The position numbers and the translations under genes are program-made. From NCBI GenBank assembly GCA_964408485.1, contig CAYOZJ010000002.1, forward strand, positions 5,235-69,234: a stretch of DNA of 64,000 nt. The letters are read 5' to 3'. Below, piece by piece: positions 18,014 to 28,958 of this stretch. Under the pieces are notes generated by a model that had not been told where the DNA came from, ran no database searches, and was given only the letters and a program-made list of their open reading frames with translations. The DNA comes from an uncultured Gammaproteobacteria bacterium (GTDB lineage Bacteria; Patescibacteriota; Microgenomatia; Levybacterales; UBA12049). Every line of letters begins with the position of its first letter. Position 1 is the stretch's first letter.

Positions 18014-20656
18014 TTACTTCTTGGCAAATGACGCAGTAATCACTGTGTCTTTCGCTACAGACAGAGAGTACGACAATGTCTCTGAACCACTGACGAGCGG
18101 GATTGTACCGTCCAAAAATTCTACCTGTTGGGGCAGATCCATTTGTAAGTCGTACGGTATTACATCTACCCCTGCTTGCTTCCATACAACAAGTGAGTAG
18201 GTTTGTTTTTGATTTGTTAGAGAGAAGGCATGAGGAATGCTATACTTCACTTCCACAGAAAGCGTACTGCTTGGATCAATCCTTGTCATAAATCCATAGA
18301 CTTCTTTTCCTGCTTCTGTTTCGTGATTTACTTCAAGACCTTTTGGGGCAACAAATGTTTTTGCCTCATATATCTTAGGGTCTGTGATAGCTGGAATAAT
18401 ATGCTGGTCAACATTATTAATCGAAATAGCATTAACTAAGGCTCCTTGTGGAAGAAGTAAGCGCATATAATTAATGTATGGTCCGCCTGGCCAGGACGCA
18501 TTGGACGTATTTTGATATGTGATAATTGCTTTTTCCACCACATCACCATTTTCTTCAACTACTACACTATGCGAAAGGCGCCGGGAGATAAATGCATTCA
18601 CTTTATTTACCCCCAAATTTGCTTCCACCACTCCAAGAAAGTCATTAAAGGACGTGCTGGTTTTTATACGCTGGTCTTGCAAAGAATTAGACAAATTATT
18701 TAATGTGAATGGTTGCTGGGTTAATAAATCGGAAAAACTCACCAATATATGTTTTCCATCTATCATCTGCATGATTTGCCCAAGCAGTATCGATGTATTT
18801 ATTGTCTTTTGTTTTTGTAGTTTTTCTAAAAGCGCCGTAGCAAATGCTCTCAGAAAATCTTTTTTTTGTGTTGAGCCAGGAAAAAAATTCCTCTCTGCGT
18901 GTTGCTCTGTCAACTCAAAAAAGTTATCTGCTGTCACGCTTTGGTTGTATGATGGAACATACACATTTCCTACCGCTTGCAGGAGTCCCTTCATTGCAGT
19001 TAAATCTACACTACCAACACCATCTACTCTCTCGCCTGTCTCAAGTGACAACATATGCGCTGCTATTTCTCCATCTTTGGTAAAGTCTGGGTCAAAATTG
19101 CTGTCACGAAGGTACAGGTGGACAAGCGGAATATATCGTCTAATTGCAAAAGGTGGCTCAACATGTCCAGCCAATTGACCATCTGCATCATACACATCAT
19201 GGACAACAAAATCTTTTATTGCCCCATTATGTAGATGAAGCAATCCATATGACCCAATAAATCCCCCACCCGGGCGAAGTTCCATGTTGTTTTGGAAAAG
19301 GATAAGATACGACCTATCCCCTGCTATTCCTAATGCTTGCGGCAACTCATCAATAACACTACCCAATGCTGCAACAATACTTCGTGCATTGATAAAATCT
19401 GTTTTGTATTTCGTAGGAATGTCATCAAGTGATATTTCCTGAAGACTGCTCTGTATTTGCTTTGTTTGTGCAACGATGACATCGCTGTCTGTCTGAGGAG
19501 AAAGGGTTTTACCTAAAAGAATTTTTTGCGTGGAGTCAGCAATACGCACCCCACTCTCTGCAATATGAGAAAGTTTTTCAAATAGATATATCTTTTTCTG
19601 AATATCCAAAACAGTCTTGCCCTGCCCAATCGCACTTGCTTCTATCTCAAGAATTCCCAATGCGCCTTTTGCTAACAATATATTTTGCTCTGCTGCTTGT
19701 ATCTTTTGTAGGGCAAGCTGCGTATTGCCGCTTCTCACATCGCTCATTCCATTTACCAAAAGAAAATATCCCACTCCCCCACTTCCGAGCGCAACGCCAA
19801 TGGGAAGAAAAATTAAGCAAAGGAAAAAATAAAAAACGTAAAAAAGCGGAAAGATATTCTTTTTCTTTTTACTCTTTTTTGGAAAAACAACACTAGCCTC
19901 TTTCTTAACACTTCTAAGATCCTTTGCAAAAATATGTTTGTATTCTTCTTGCAGTTTACTTGTTGCGTCATATTGAAGAAAAGCTGCGTGGTGAGTATAC
20001 AATGCTTCTTGCATTTGTTCTGTATCCGATGAAAAATCAATGGCTAGATCAGGGTCAATTTTTTGCAAACCGTGGGCAATACTTAATGCGGTTACTGCAT
20101 GGTTTGGACCAACAAAAACCTCCCCATTTCCTTTTCCGTGCAGAGCAATTTCTGCAATCTTTGCTATAGCATCGGCAAACAATACTGGATACCAACGATG
20201 AAGTCCCATGTTGGGAAGTTGAATGCGCTTGTTTTGTTTTGCATGAGAAAGAAAGGTATTGAGCGACGATGACACTCCTTGACCAAAGATATCCCCAACA
20301 ACAAAAATTGTTACGCTGTCTTTTATCTCTGGCAATACTTCCCTTTCCTCTTCTTTTAGGATAAGAAAAAACTCTGCGTGTTGCTCGCGTGATTTTTGTA
20401 GTAACGGATCAAGAAGGTGCTCTTCTTTTTTGCTCCAAATAAAAAATATTTTCTGATATACCCCATCAGGAATCTGTGGCAATGGAGGAAGATACGGAAC
20501 ATATACTGTGTCTTTCTCGCTCTCGATTGTTTCCTTAGATACAACAACAATGGTTGCGTGCTGCGCTAACTGATCGGACAAAAGGTTGGCAAATTGATTA
20601 TCTTTATCAATGACGAGAAAAAGGGGCTTACCAAAAGGTATTCGGGCAGAATCCAT
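18014..20656 (-). CDS. DUF4012-domain membrane protein with degenerate SDR/epimerase-like N-terminus
   Basis: YLILFQNN.ELRPGGGFIGS, LRDSN..PDF, EANLG.NK.N, WKQAG; central TM helix. Confidence 0.85.
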   Translation of the reverse strand: MDSARIPFGKPLFLVIDKDNQFANLLSDQLAQHATIVVVSKETIESEKDTVYVPYLPPLPQIPDGVYQKIFFIWSKKEEHLLDPLLQKSREQHAEFFLILKEEEREVLPEIKDSVTIFVVGDIFGQGVSSSLNTFLSHAKQNKRIQLPNMGLHRWYPVLFADAIAKIAEIALHGKGNGEVFVGPNHAVTALSIAHGLQKIDPDLAIDFSSDTEQMQEALYTHHAAFLQYDATSKLQEEYKHIFAKDLRSVKKEASVVFPKKSKKKKNIFPLFYVFYFFLCLIFLPIGVALGSGGVGYFLLVNGMSDVRSGNTQLALQKIQAAEQNILLAKGALGILEIEASAIGQGKTVLDIQKKIYLFEKLSHIAESGVRIADSTQKILLGKTLSPQTDSDVIVAQTKQIQSSLQEISLDDIPTKYKTDFINARSIVAALGSVIDELPQALGIAGDRSYLILFQNNMELRPGGGFIGSYGLLHLHNGAIKDFVVHDVYDADGQLAGHVEPPFAIRRYIPLVHLYLRDSNFDPDFTKDGEIAAHMLSLETGERVDGVGSVDLTAMKGLLQAVGNVYVPSYNQSVTADNFFELTEQHAERNFFPGSTQKKDFLRAFATALLEKLQKQKTINTSILLGQIMQMIDGKHILVSFSDLLTQQPFTLNNLSNSLQDQRIKTSTSFNDFLGVVEANLGVNKVNAFISRRLSHSVVVEENGDVVEKAIITYQNTSNASWPGGPYINYMRLLLPQGALVNAISINNVDQHIIPAITDPKIYEAKTFVAPKGLEVNHETEAGKEVYGFMTRIDPSSTLSVEVKYSIPHAFSLTNQKQTYSLVVWKQAGVDVIPYDLQMDLPQQVEFLDGTIPLVSGSETLSYSLSVAKDTVITASFAKK

Positions 20657-20663
20657 GCTTCTA

Positions 20664-21095
20664 TTATATTGAAGAAGCGAGATACTTGTCCAACGCAAGG
20701 TTAACCTGTGAATCTGCTATGAAATTTTGCTCCCTGGGAACATGAACAAACACGAAGGGGACTGCGAGCTCTTGCTGCAGCAGTCTTACCTGATCAAATA
20801 ATACTCTAATTTGTGGATGTTTTACTTTATAGATTCCGCTCAACTGCCTACAGGCCAGCTGAGAATCCATGCGGCACTCGATCTCCGAAATTCCATCAAA
20901 AGATTCTCTGTTGCGCATAATCCAGGAAAGTGCCTCAATAATTGCCGTATATTCTGCATAATTATTTGTTTGAATGCCTAAATACGTACCAAAACGCGTT
21001 AACTCCTTACTTTGATCAATTGCAATATATATGCCTGATGCTGCAGGCCCTGGATTGCCACGAGATCCTCCGTCGGTATATGTAATAATTTTCAT
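20664..21095 (-). CDS. rnhA: Ribonuclease HI
   Basis: YTDGGSRGNPG.A, TNN.AEY, DSQL, HVPREQN..AD. Confidence 0.95.
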   Translation of the reverse strand: MKIITYTDGGSRGNPGPAASGIYIAIDQSKELTRFGTYLGIQTNNYAEYTAIIEALSWIMRNRESFDGISEIECRMDSQLACRQLSGIYKVKHPQIRVLFDQVRLLQQELAVPFVFVHVPREQNFIADSQVNLALDKYLASSI

Positions 21096-22315
21096 AGTTT
21101 GATAAAAAGAAGTGAGATAAGCATTATAGCGAGTATGAGCGTTTCTGAAAATCCCGTAATTAGTGCTGATGCAACATAAGAATAGTGAGGAATAAAAAGA
21201 ACATTAAGTAAAATGTTTAAAATAAGTGACGCCGCATAAAGAATAGCTAAAAAGCTTTGCTTTTTCTTTGTAATAAAAATCCATTGTAAAATATTTGTTG
21301 CAAAAAAGATTGGAAGAGATAAAGATAAAATGCGAAGTGGCAGAACGGATGGCAGGAAGTCTTGCTTTACCAATGCAATAAAAGGAGAGAGGTACCAAAC
21401 AAATGGAATAAGAATGCACCCAAGAAAAAAGAAGATTGCAGTGTATAGACTTATATTTTTTCTTTGAATTCGGGAATTTTTTTCCAGGCCAAGAAGGATT
21501 GGATAGAGAGAGTTTGACAAAAATAGGGGCAATGCAATAAGAAAATCAAAGAACTTGTATGCAAAGTCATAAACACCAACGTCGTGTGACTTTTGAAAAA
21601 GGGACAACAAAATCATGTCAACTCGAAAATAAAAAAGATTTAAAAAAAGAAGGAGTGTTAGGGGAAGCGTTGCAAAGAAAAGTTTTTTAGAAAAAACAAA
21701 AGAGGGAAGTGTGATGGTAATATTTTGTTTAACAAAATACCAACTAACTCCTCCCTCTAAAAATCCCCCAACCAAATATCCAACAATAATCCATAGAAAG
21801 GGAAGCTGTAATGCAACGGTTGCGATAACGATACCAAGCGTAACAAGAGAGCTTATCAGCGTTGCTTTTGTTGCATTACTGTACGCAAGATTCTGTTGGA
21901 AAAATGCACCACATGAATAGACTACAGCTCTTGAGAAAAAAGACAAAGAAAAAAGAATAATACCCAATTTTACAACAGGGGAATACCCACTTGTTGCAGC
22001 CTGACTAAAGGGGAGAATGAATGTCAAAAGACAAATACTAACAAAAAGAAGAGACGAGAGAAGTAGTCGAAAAGACAATAGATCTGAGAAACGTTGCTCA
22101 TGCTTATCAAATTGCAAAAAGATAGCATTAGCCCCTAAATCAATCCCTAAGTAAAACAGCCCTACAAGTGCAGTTATTTTTGCCAAGTCTGAGTAACCTG
22201 CTATTCCTACATATCGAGCAATAAGAAGTGTGATAATAAATCCTGCGCCACTTGAGATAACGCGAGAGAGTACTTGAGAGGACGTATTGGTCAAAACAGC
22301 TTTCAGTATGTTCAC
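21092..22315 (-). CDS. Wzx-like oligosaccharide flippase
   Basis: About 12 TM helices; D.G, R.D..LL…VG.Y..A, LN..FIP.Y…A motifs. Confidence 0.85.
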   Translation of the reverse strand: MNILKAVLTNTSSQVLSRVISSGAGFIITLLIARYVGIAGYSDLAKITALVGLFYLGIDLGANAIFLQFDKHEQRFSDLLSFRLLLSSLLFVSICLLTFILPFSQAATSGYSPVVKLGIILFSLSFFSRAVVYSCGAFFQQNLAYSNATKATLISSLVTLGIVIATVALQLPFLWIIVGYLVGGFLEGGVSWYFVKQNITITLPSFVFSKKLFFATLPLTLLLFLNLFYFRVDMILLSLFQKSHDVGVYDFAYKFFDFLIALPLFLSNSLYPILLGLEKNSRIQRKNISLYTAIFFFLGCILIPFVWYLSPFIALVKQDFLPSVLPLRILSLSLPIFFATNILQWIFITKKKQSFLAILYAASLILNILLNVLFIPHYSYVASALITGFSETLILAIMLISLLFIKL

Positions 22316-23577
22316 TCTTGTATTGTAGCAGAGGTTTGGATTTTACGGATAATAAGTCCAATAACCAGCGCGAAAAGAAGTTGTCCTTGCTGAAGTGTCA
22401 AAAAATAATGGTCAAAAAACCCTGTAAAAAGAATGACAAAAAGACAAAGAAGTAAAAGGAGTATTTTATTTTTCTCTTTTACGGGAGAGGTGCGCCATAC
22501 ATGAAAAAGTCGACGCATCATAGTAGCGAGAAAACATAAAAATAAAATGAGTCCACCGATTCCTGTTTCCGCAGCAATAAGTAAGTAGATGTTATGCACC
22601 GGCTGGAGAATAAGTCCATTTTTGGCAAAGAAAGGAAGTGATGGGATAAAATTTCCCAAACCAACACCAAAGAAAGGGCGAGCAAAAATCATTGCGAAGG
22701 CATTGATTGCTAAAAGAGAGCGCTCCTGAAACGACTGATCTAAGGAGAAAGTAAGAGCTCGCTGGAGAAAGGGTTGGAAAAAAACTGATGCAAGCAGCAA
22801 TGTTGTCAAAACACCAAGTGCAGCAGAAAGCACAAATTTTTCTATCCTCTCTCGAAACGTAACCACAAGAATGATTGCGCCAACCAAAACCCATGAAACA
22901 ATAGCAACTCTACCAAGAGTGAGGGCTAGACTCATTGTTCCACACACTAACGACACTATAATCAGAATCCGCTGGAAAGAGGTCTTCCTGGACAGGAAAT
23001 AAGGAATGAGAAGCATAGCAACGACAAGATATCCGGCAAGCATATTTGGGTGCGAAAACGTTCCATATGGACGGAGGATTAGCTGCCCACCAACAGAAGC
23101 GTTGGCAATTCCTGGAGTTGTCCCTGAAAATGCACGCTCACCAAGAAAATAAAATAACCCCCCCAATGATCCTTGGTGAATAGTCTGAACAATTGAGAGA
23201 ATGCTCTCAAAGATAGCGCTCCCTGCAAAAAGTGTCCCTAGAATAACTGGTTTTGCCTTACTATGAACCGCGTACCACACAAGAAAACTAAGCTCAAGAA
23301 ACTTAAGAAGCATGTACCACCCAACCATTGGAGAGTAAGAGAGAGAAATACCTACTGAGAGAACCAAGACAAGCAAAGAAAAGAACGGATGAAAAGAAAT
23401 CCTTTTTTTCAAAACAGTAATAATAAAAAGAAAAATAAGAAGAATATCCGTTATGTAAAGGGTGGGGGAGAGGTAATCTATTCGCTGACCTAAAACATAA
23501 GAAAAATCAAACCAAAAATGCTTACCGAATTGTGTAGGGAGGAGAAAAATAAGAAGGTAAAAGAAAATGGAATCCAA
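22312..23577 (-). CDS. O-antigen ligase/Wzy_C family protein
   Basis: R.YGTFSHPN.LA, P.FGVGLGNF, PVHNIYL..AETG..G; start uncertain, TTG 23577 chosen just after the jag stop. Confidence 0.85.
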   Translation of the reverse strand: MDSIFFYLLIFLLPTQFGKHFWFDFSYVLGQRIDYLSPTLYITDILLIFLFIITVLKKRISFHPFFSLLVLVLSVGISLSYSPMVGWYMLLKFLELSFLVWYAVHSKAKPVILGTLFAGSAIFESILSIVQTIHQGSLGGLFYFLGERAFSGTTPGIANASVGGQLILRPYGTFSHPNMLAGYLVVAMLLIPYFLSRKTSFQRILIIVSLVCGTMSLALTLGRVAIVSWVLVGAIILVVTFRERIEKFVLSAALGVLTTLLLASVFFQPFLQRALTFSLDQSFQERSLLAINAFAMIFARPFFGVGLGNFIPSLPFFAKNGLILQPVHNIYLLIAAETGIGGLILFLCFLATMMRRLFHVWRTSPVKEKNKILLLLLCLFVILFTGFFDHYFLTLQQGQLLFALVIGLIIRKIQTSATIQE

Positions 23578-23581
23578 ATTC

Positions 23582-24028
23582 TTAACGAGGCTTAACAACC
23601 AATACTCTATCCCTGCCTTCACCCATTGACTCTGTTGTAACTTCACCATCATCTTGCAAGAGAACATGCACTTCGCGCCGTTCCCAAGGCTTAAGACTTA
23701 AAGAGATTCCTGTATTCTGACTTAAAGCCTGCTCCTTAGCCTGCATTGCTAAGTTCTTGAGGTATTCTACACGATTTTTCTTATAATCTCCAACTTCAAC
23801 ACTCACTCTGACAAATTCGCCCAACTCTTTTGAAGCAACAAGAGAAAGAATTGTCTGAAATGACTCAAGCGTTTCCCCATGATAGCCAATAAGCATACCA
23901 CCATCTTCTGTCTCTACAACAACCTGAAGCATGTCCTCTGCAGGAGATACGGCAACATTGCCGCTTACCCCCAAAAGAGAAAGAAGTTTTTCTGCTGTTT
24001 CTTTAACTACTTGTGCTTGTTTTTCCAT
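23582..24028 (-). CDS. jag: Jag/EloR (KhpB) KH + R3H RNA-binding protein, short form
   Basis: LIG.HGETL..Q (KH); ERR.VH and ES.GEG..R (R3H); follows yidC. Confidence 0.9.
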   Translation of the reverse strand: MEKQAQVVKETAEKLLSLLGVSGNVAVSPAEDMLQVVVETEDGGMLIGYHGETLESFQTILSLVASKELGEFVRVSVEVGDYKKNRVEYLKNLAMQAKEQALSQNTGISLSLKPWERREVHVLLQDDGEVTTESMGEGRDRVLVVKPR

Positions 24029-24894
24029 TATTTTCTCCTTACTTTATCAACCCATTCGGTCAAGCCGCCTAAGCCTGAGATTTGATACTGCTGCAGTATA
24101 CCAAAAATCGTAAACGTATTCCAGTATAAAGACAGCCCCAAAGGAAGTGTCCAGGAAAAGATAGCAATCATTGCAGGGAAAATATACAAAGACTGAGACT
24201 GAAATGCTGTTGCAAAATCATCTTCCTTTTTAACTTCCGCAACCAAGGCTTTGCTTCCACTTGCTTTAGCATCTTTTTCAACGCCTTTAATTTTCTCCTC
24301 AAAGCTCTGAAACATCATCTTTGACTGAATAAGCTGCAAAACCCCTGTTACTACTGGGATTAAAACGATTGCAAATACACCCAATTGGAATACATGACCT
24401 GGTGTTAAGCCAAGAGGAAGCCCAAAAAAGCTTGTATCCCACATATGAGTAAGTTTAAGGCCAGGGAAGTAGAGGGAGCCATTTACATAATTTAGCACGT
24501 GTTTTGCATCTGTTTTTACTATTTCCTGAAGTACTCCGTACAACGACCAGATAAGGGGAAGCTGGACCAAAAGTGGCAAGCACCCTGCAACAGGGTTAAC
24601 TCCATGCTCTTTGTAGAGTTTCATTGTTTCTGTCTGAAGGCGGGTTGCATCATTTTTGTGGATTTCTTTTAATTTATTTAAGTGAGGTGTTAGTTTTTGC
24701 ATTTTTTGAGACGTTTTGAGCTGAGAACCAATGAGTGGGAAGAGCAGCAAGCGAAAAAGTGCAGTCAAAATAATAATAGAAAAACCCAATGCATATGGCA
24801 CGTGAATCATTACCAACCCCTGATAAATCGCAACAAGTACATTAATAATGGGATGAACAAGAAGTAAATTAAAAAATTGAAAGAAAATGTTCAT
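24028..24894 (-). CDS. yidC: Membrane protein insertase YidC
   Basis: R.LL.PL…Q, KLYKE.GVNP..GCLP.L.Q.P, P.GL.LYW. Confidence 0.95.
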   Translation of the reverse strand: MNIFFQFFNLLLVHPIINVLVAIYQGLVMIHVPYALGFSIIILTALFRLLLFPLIGSQLKTSQKMQKLTPHLNKLKEIHKNDATRLQTETMKLYKEHGVNPVAGCLPLLVQLPLIWSLYGVLQEIVKTDAKHVLNYVNGSLYFPGLKLTHMWDTSFFGLPLGLTPGHVFQLGVFAIVLIPVVTGVLQLIQSKMMFQSFEEKIKGVEKDAKASGSKALVAEVKKEDDFATAFQSQSLYIFPAMIAIFSWTLPLGLSLYWNTFTIFGILQQYQISGLGGLTEWVDKVRRK

Positions 24895-25125
24895 TTATTT
24901 TTGAAGCATTACGGGTAGAGAGCTTACAAATGGCTGGCAATATAAAAGTCTTAGTATTGATTTTGCTGTCCCAACTAATATTCCGTCTCGCTCAATATGT
25001 ATTCTAGCATACTCCGAGCATGTTGGCGAGTAGCGACACGCATGTCGCACTCCCATGAGCTGATGCAGAAAAGGAGAAAGGACATGCTGATAAAACGACA
25101 AGATAAGAAGCATAATACGTTTCAT
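24895..25125 (-). CDS. yidD: Membrane protein insertion efficiency factor YidD
   Basis: YQ…SP…CRYSPTCSEY…G…R…CQP; start at ATG 25125. Confidence 0.92.
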   Translation of the reverse strand: MKRIMLLILSFYQHVLSPFLHQLMGVRHACRYSPTCSEYARIHIERDGILVGTAKSILRLLYCQPFVSSLPVMLQK

Positions 25126-25445
25126 AATGATAATTTTGCAAAAATATTGTTTATTTTTTCTTCCAACTGCATCCTTTCTATGTCCTTTATCTGTGGGTGA
25201 AGAATAAAGAGCACATCGTACCCTTTTCCTTTCTCCAACCATTGCTGCTCAATAACAGATCGAAAAACACGCTTGAGCCTATTTCTCACAGTCGCTCTTT
25301 TATCTATGGTTTTTGCCACAATAAATCCATATCGATTGTAATCAAGGTTATTTTTTTGCACTTTGGCAGAAAACACGCTGTCTTTAAAAAAGTGGGCATT
25401 GGTAAAGATAATAGAGGAGGGGAGTCTGAATTTTCTTGATAACAT
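25122..25445 (-). CDS. rnpA: Ribonuclease P protein component
   Basis: R.GFIV.K…K.ATVRNRLKR (RNR motif); synteny. Confidence 0.93.
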   Translation of the reverse strand: MLSRKFRLPSSIIFTNAHFFKDSVFSAKVQKNNLDYNRYGFIVAKTIDKRATVRNRLKRVFRSVIEQQWLEKGKGYDVLFILHPQIKDIERMQLEEKINNIFAKLSL

Positions 25446-25582
25446 TACACAGTAAGACTATGTCTACCTTCAGCTCGTCGTCTTTTTAAGACTTTCCGAC
25501 CATTATGGCTATCCATTCGAGCTAAAAATCCATGCTTCTTTCGAGACTTCACTGGCTTGGTGGTACGAATTCCTTTTTTCAT
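25445..25582 (-). CDS. rpmH: 50S ribosomal protein L34
   Basis: KHGFLARM….[12 protein letters not shown]; start ATG 25582. Confidence 0.93.
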   Translation of the reverse strand: MKKGIRTTKPVKSRKKHGFLARMDSHNGRKVLKRRRAEGRHSLTV

Positions 25583-25638
25583 GTATGTATAGTATAGCAA
25601 ATAGTGAGTGCGTTTGTCTAATGTTAGCCTTTGATCTC

Positions 25639-25668
25639 TTGACAAAAAGTTATCCACATTGCTACAGT
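25639..25668 (+). promoter_or_regulatory. dnaA promoter containing a DnaA box
   Basis: TTGACA 25639-44, perfect DnaA box TTATCCACA 25650-58 in the spacer, extended -10 TGcTACAGT. Confidence 0.7.
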
Positions 25669-25678
25669 TGCAGCTACC

Positions 25679-27019
25679 ATGACGCAACCGCTAGACGCTA
25701 TTTGGACCACTGTTTTGTCGGGAATAGAAAAAGAAGTATCTCGAGCTAATTTTTTGACTCTTTTCAAGCAAACTGCACTCATTTCTTTTGATGAGGGGAT
25801 CGCAACCGTTGCCGCACCCTCAACAATGGTTATTGACCTTCTCCAGAAGCGTTTCTTACCAATCATAAAACTTGCCTTAGAAAAAGAATTCAAACAAGAC
25901 GTAGATGTACTTTTTGTTACAAAAACCTTTACCTCTTCTCAAAAAGAGCAAGACACACCGCTTTTTACAAATACTCAGACTACGACCAAACCTCTCATCG
26001 GTCATTTACCCCGAGTAAGACCCGATTTTACCTTTGAAACACTTGCTGTCTCGGACTCAAACCGCTTAGCATACGAATCTTCCAGAAATGTTGCTAAAAA
26101 TCCTGGCAAATCATATAACCCGCTTTTTATTTACGGTCCTGTGGGAGTAGGCAAAACCCACCTTATGCAAGCAGTCGCTAACGAGGTTTATTCACAAAAT
26201 CCCGACAACAAAATCATTTACATAACGAGTGAAGAATTTACCAATGAAGTGGTTGAGGCAATTCGCTCCAATGACACAGCTAAAATGAAGAGGCGTTTCC
26301 GCTCGGCTAATTTGCTTATCATTGACGACGTGCAATTTATCGCAGGAAAAGATAGGGTCCAAGAAGAGCTGTTTCATACTTTTAATAGCCTTATTGACGG
26401 CGGGGCACAAATTGTATTGTCATCAGACAGACCGCCAAGCGAAATCAAAAAGCTTGAAGCGCGACTTTCGTCTCGTTTTGCAGGCGGACTGACTGTTGAC
26501 GTTGAGGCACCGGATTTTGAATTGCGAACAGCAATTGTTTTAAAAAAAGCAGAAAAGGTTGGCTTTGCCATATCGATTGACGCAGCAAAAATTTTAGCTG
26601 AAAAAGAGCAAGACGTGAGATCTCTTGAGGGGATGCTCCTTCGTGTTGCAACACTTTCCAAGGGGGGAGACCTACATGAAAGCGAAATTCGTCGCATGCT
26701 GGGTTCTGCAGATCTGGACAACAAAACTCATGCAATTCATGCAGACGACCTGATTGATGCAATATGTCAATTTTATAATGTCAAAACAACGCAGCTAAAG
26801 GGACCGAAGAGGGACGCTTCGCTTGTTAAAGCTCGTCAAATTGCCATGTATCTTCTTAAGCACGAATTGGGTCTTACGCTTGTTGAAATAGGAAATATCT
26901 TGGGTGGACGGGACCATACCACCGTAATGCACGGTGTGGATAAGATGGCACATCTTGTGGAAAAGAAGGGATTTTTGTCTGAGGAAATTGTGGGGATAAA
27001 AAACAGGATTAGGGGATAA
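25679..27019 (+). CDS. dnaA: Chromosomal replication initiator DnaA
   Basis: [48 protein letters not shown]. Confidence 0.98.
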   Translation: MTQPLDAIWTTVLSGIEKEVSRANFLTLFKQTALISFDEGIATVAAPSTMVIDLLQKRFLPIIKLALEKEFKQDVDVLFVTKTFTSSQKEQDTPLFTNTQTTTKPLIGHLPRVRPDFTFETLAVSDSNRLAYESSRNVAKNPGKSYNPLFIYGPVGVGKTHLMQAVANEVYSQNPDNKIIYITSEEFTNEVVEAIRSNDTAKMKRRFRSANLLIIDDVQFIAGKDRVQEELFHTFNSLIDGGAQIVLSSDRPPSEIKKLEARLSSRFAGGLTVDVEAPDFELRTAIVLKKAEKVGFAISIDAAKILAEKEQDVRSLEGMLLRVATLSKGGDLHESEIRRMLGSADLDNKTHAIHADDLIDAICQFYNVKTTQLKGPKRDASLVKARQIAMYLLKHELGLTLVEIGNILGGRDHTTVMHGVDKMAHLVEKKGFLSEEIVGIKNRIRG

Positions 27020-27163
27020 TATGTGTACTAGAAGATTTGACCAAAGCTATCAACATATTATCCCAAGAGTTGTCCACATGGTTATCCACACAAAATCCGT
27101 GGCTGCTCCGTTGCTTTTTTCCACATTTCCCGATACACTACAACAACTACAAATATTTATTAT
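26935..27163. other. Replication origin oriC (dnaA 3' end to dnaN)
   Basis: DnaA boxes TGTGGATAA 26935, TGTGGAAAA 26956, TTGTCCACA 27070, TTATCCACA 27082, TTTTCCACA 27117; DnaA-trio-like ACTACAACAACTAC 27137-50, then an AT-rich tract. Confidence 0.85.
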
Positions 27164-28258
27164 ATGAAAGTAACTATACTGGCAGAAAACCTTCAAAAGA
27201 AATTATCATTTGCCAATAAGGCAATCTCTACGAGAAATCAATTACCTATACTTTCCCATGTCCTTCTTGAAGCAAAAGGAGAGAGACTCATTATTAGCAG
27301 TACGGATTTAGAAATTGGAATAGAAACATCTCTTCCAGCAACTATTGAAGAAGAAGGAGCAACAACAGTACCAGCAAAGCTTTTTCTAGAATTAGTTAAC
27401 TCTCTTCCTCAAGATAAAATAATACTTACTACAGTGGACGGCTCATTAGAAATAACGAGTAAAAAAACAAAATCTCTTTTCCAAACAACCCCAAAAGACG
27501 AATTCCCTTTATTGTACGAAGAAAAAGGGGAGAAGGTTGCTGTTTTTACGAGAGGTAATATGAAGACAACATTTGGAAAAATCCTTTTTGCAGCAAGTAA
27601 TGAGACAACCCGCCCCGCACTCTCAGGAATTCTTTTTCAGAAAATGATAGATAAATTTCTTATTGTTGCAACAGATGGATATAGACTTTCTCTTGATGAG
27701 ATGCCTGAATCTGGAAAACAATCATTCGAAAAGCTTCTTATCCCAGCACGAATCTTACGTGAGGCAATGGGTGTTTTTGAGGACGGGGAAACAGACTTAT
27801 ATCTTTCAAGTAAAAACAATCAAATTATCTTTGAGCAAGAAGACACGCTTCTTGTTGGAAGAACAATTGATGCGACATTTCCAAATTTCGAAAAAGTAAT
27901 CCCAACCGATAGTGCAAGTGTTGCAGTGATAGATAAAGAAGAACTTTTAAAAGCAGTAAAACTTTGTGCGATTTTTGCCCGTGAGTCAGCAAATATTATT
28001 ACCCTTTCACTTTTGCGAGAAAAAATAGTTGTGAGTGCAAAATCTCCATCGCTTGGAGAGAATACAGTAGATGTAGAAGCGTCTCTTACAGGTGAGGAGA
28101 ATCAAATAGCCTTTAATGCACGATATCTTCTTGAGGCACTATCTAATATTCCGGAGAATGAGATAAATTTTTCTATGACAGGGCCATTAAATCCTGGGGT
28201 TTTCCGCATTCAGGGAAACATTAATTTTCTTCACTTGATTATGCCCATTAGGACATAA
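27164..28258 (+). CDS. dnaN: DNA polymerase III beta clamp
   Basis: LPIL, TDLE.G, ATDG.RL, FP.F..VIP, FNARYL, C-terminal IMPIR. Confidence 0.97.
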   Translation: MKVTILAENLQKKLSFANKAISTRNQLPILSHVLLEAKGERLIISSTDLEIGIETSLPATIEEEGATTVPAKLFLELVNSLPQDKIILTTVDGSLEITSKKTKSLFQTTPKDEFPLLYEEKGEKVAVFTRGNMKTTFGKILFAASNETTRPALSGILFQKMIDKFLIVATDGYRLSLDEMPESGKQSFEKLLIPARILREAMGVFEDGETDLYLSSKNNQIIFEQEDTLLVGRTIDATFPNFEKVIPTDSASVAVIDKEELLKAVKLCAIFARESANIITLSLLREKIVVSAKSPSLGENTVDVEASLTGEENQIAFNARYLLEALSNIPENEINFSMTGPLNPGVFRIQGNINFLHLIMPIRT

Positions 28259-28259
28259 T

Positions 28260-28958
28260 TTATTGATACCGTATATCAAGTTTTTGAATTTCCTCATCGG
28301 TTAAACTAAGAGAGTGAAGCCAGGAAAGAAAATCACCTTTCCCGCTTGCTGCTTTCTGCGTAACAGTAAAGAAAAAGCTTCCACCTTCAGAATCAGAAAA
28401 GTCTGAAGTTACAGAAAAGCTGTCTGAATCGTAAGGCGTGTATGTTGCTAAATAAACATCTGGATAATTTTTTCGTTGTTCGCTGTCGGCGGTGGTCTGG
28501 AGATGATCATACTCTTGGGAAAGAGGAGCTACAGAATTGGATGAATTTCCTGTTGCAAACGTGCCAGTGAAGATAATATTGCCATCTTGGTCGAGAAACG
28601 AATAAGTATAAATTGTGTTGATATCAAGAGGTTGGGAAAATGCAATGATTATCTGATTGTTAGTTACTGTTGGCACAGATTCGATACTAGGATATATATT
28701 AAATGTTATGCCCGGCACAGGTTGGCTGAAGTTAGCTTTGATAGATGCGTTTGATAGAACGTTTTCTTCCTTGTCTTTCGGGGAAATGGATACTAAATGA
28801 ACAGAACTATTGATAATAGAGTTTGGTGCACTGATAGGTGTGGGCGTTGGAAGTGAGGACGGAAAAGGATTAAGTTGCGACTTCTGTCCTAAGCTGAAAA
28901 TCACCAAGCAAATGATGATGAGTATGACAATACTGCTAATAAGTATTAATTTCTTCAT
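28260..28958 (-). CDS. Membrane-anchored protein with Ig-like (Big_5-like) domain
   Basis: N-terminal TM, PT linker, SISP.D….V..NA.I..FSQP…L..NT.YT; ATGA overlap with upstream gene. Confidence 0.7.
   Translation of the reverse strand: MKKLILISSIVILIIICLVIFSLGQKSQLNPFPSSLPTPTPISAPNSIINSSVHLVSISPKDKEENVLSNASIKANFSQPVPGITFNIYPSIESVPTVTNNQIIIAFSQPLDINTIYTYSFLDQDGNIIFTGTFATGNSSNSVAPLSQEYDHLQTTADSEQRKNYPDVYLATYTPYDSDSFSVTSDFSDSEGGSFFFTVTQKAASGKGDFLSWLHSLSLTDEEIQKLDIRYQ

Noticed and set aside
18519-19178. 219-aa plus-strand ORF, and similar ones at 34638-35156, 55294-55788 and 58939-59421
   Set aside because: In-register antisense shadows of well-supported genes, with no motifs.
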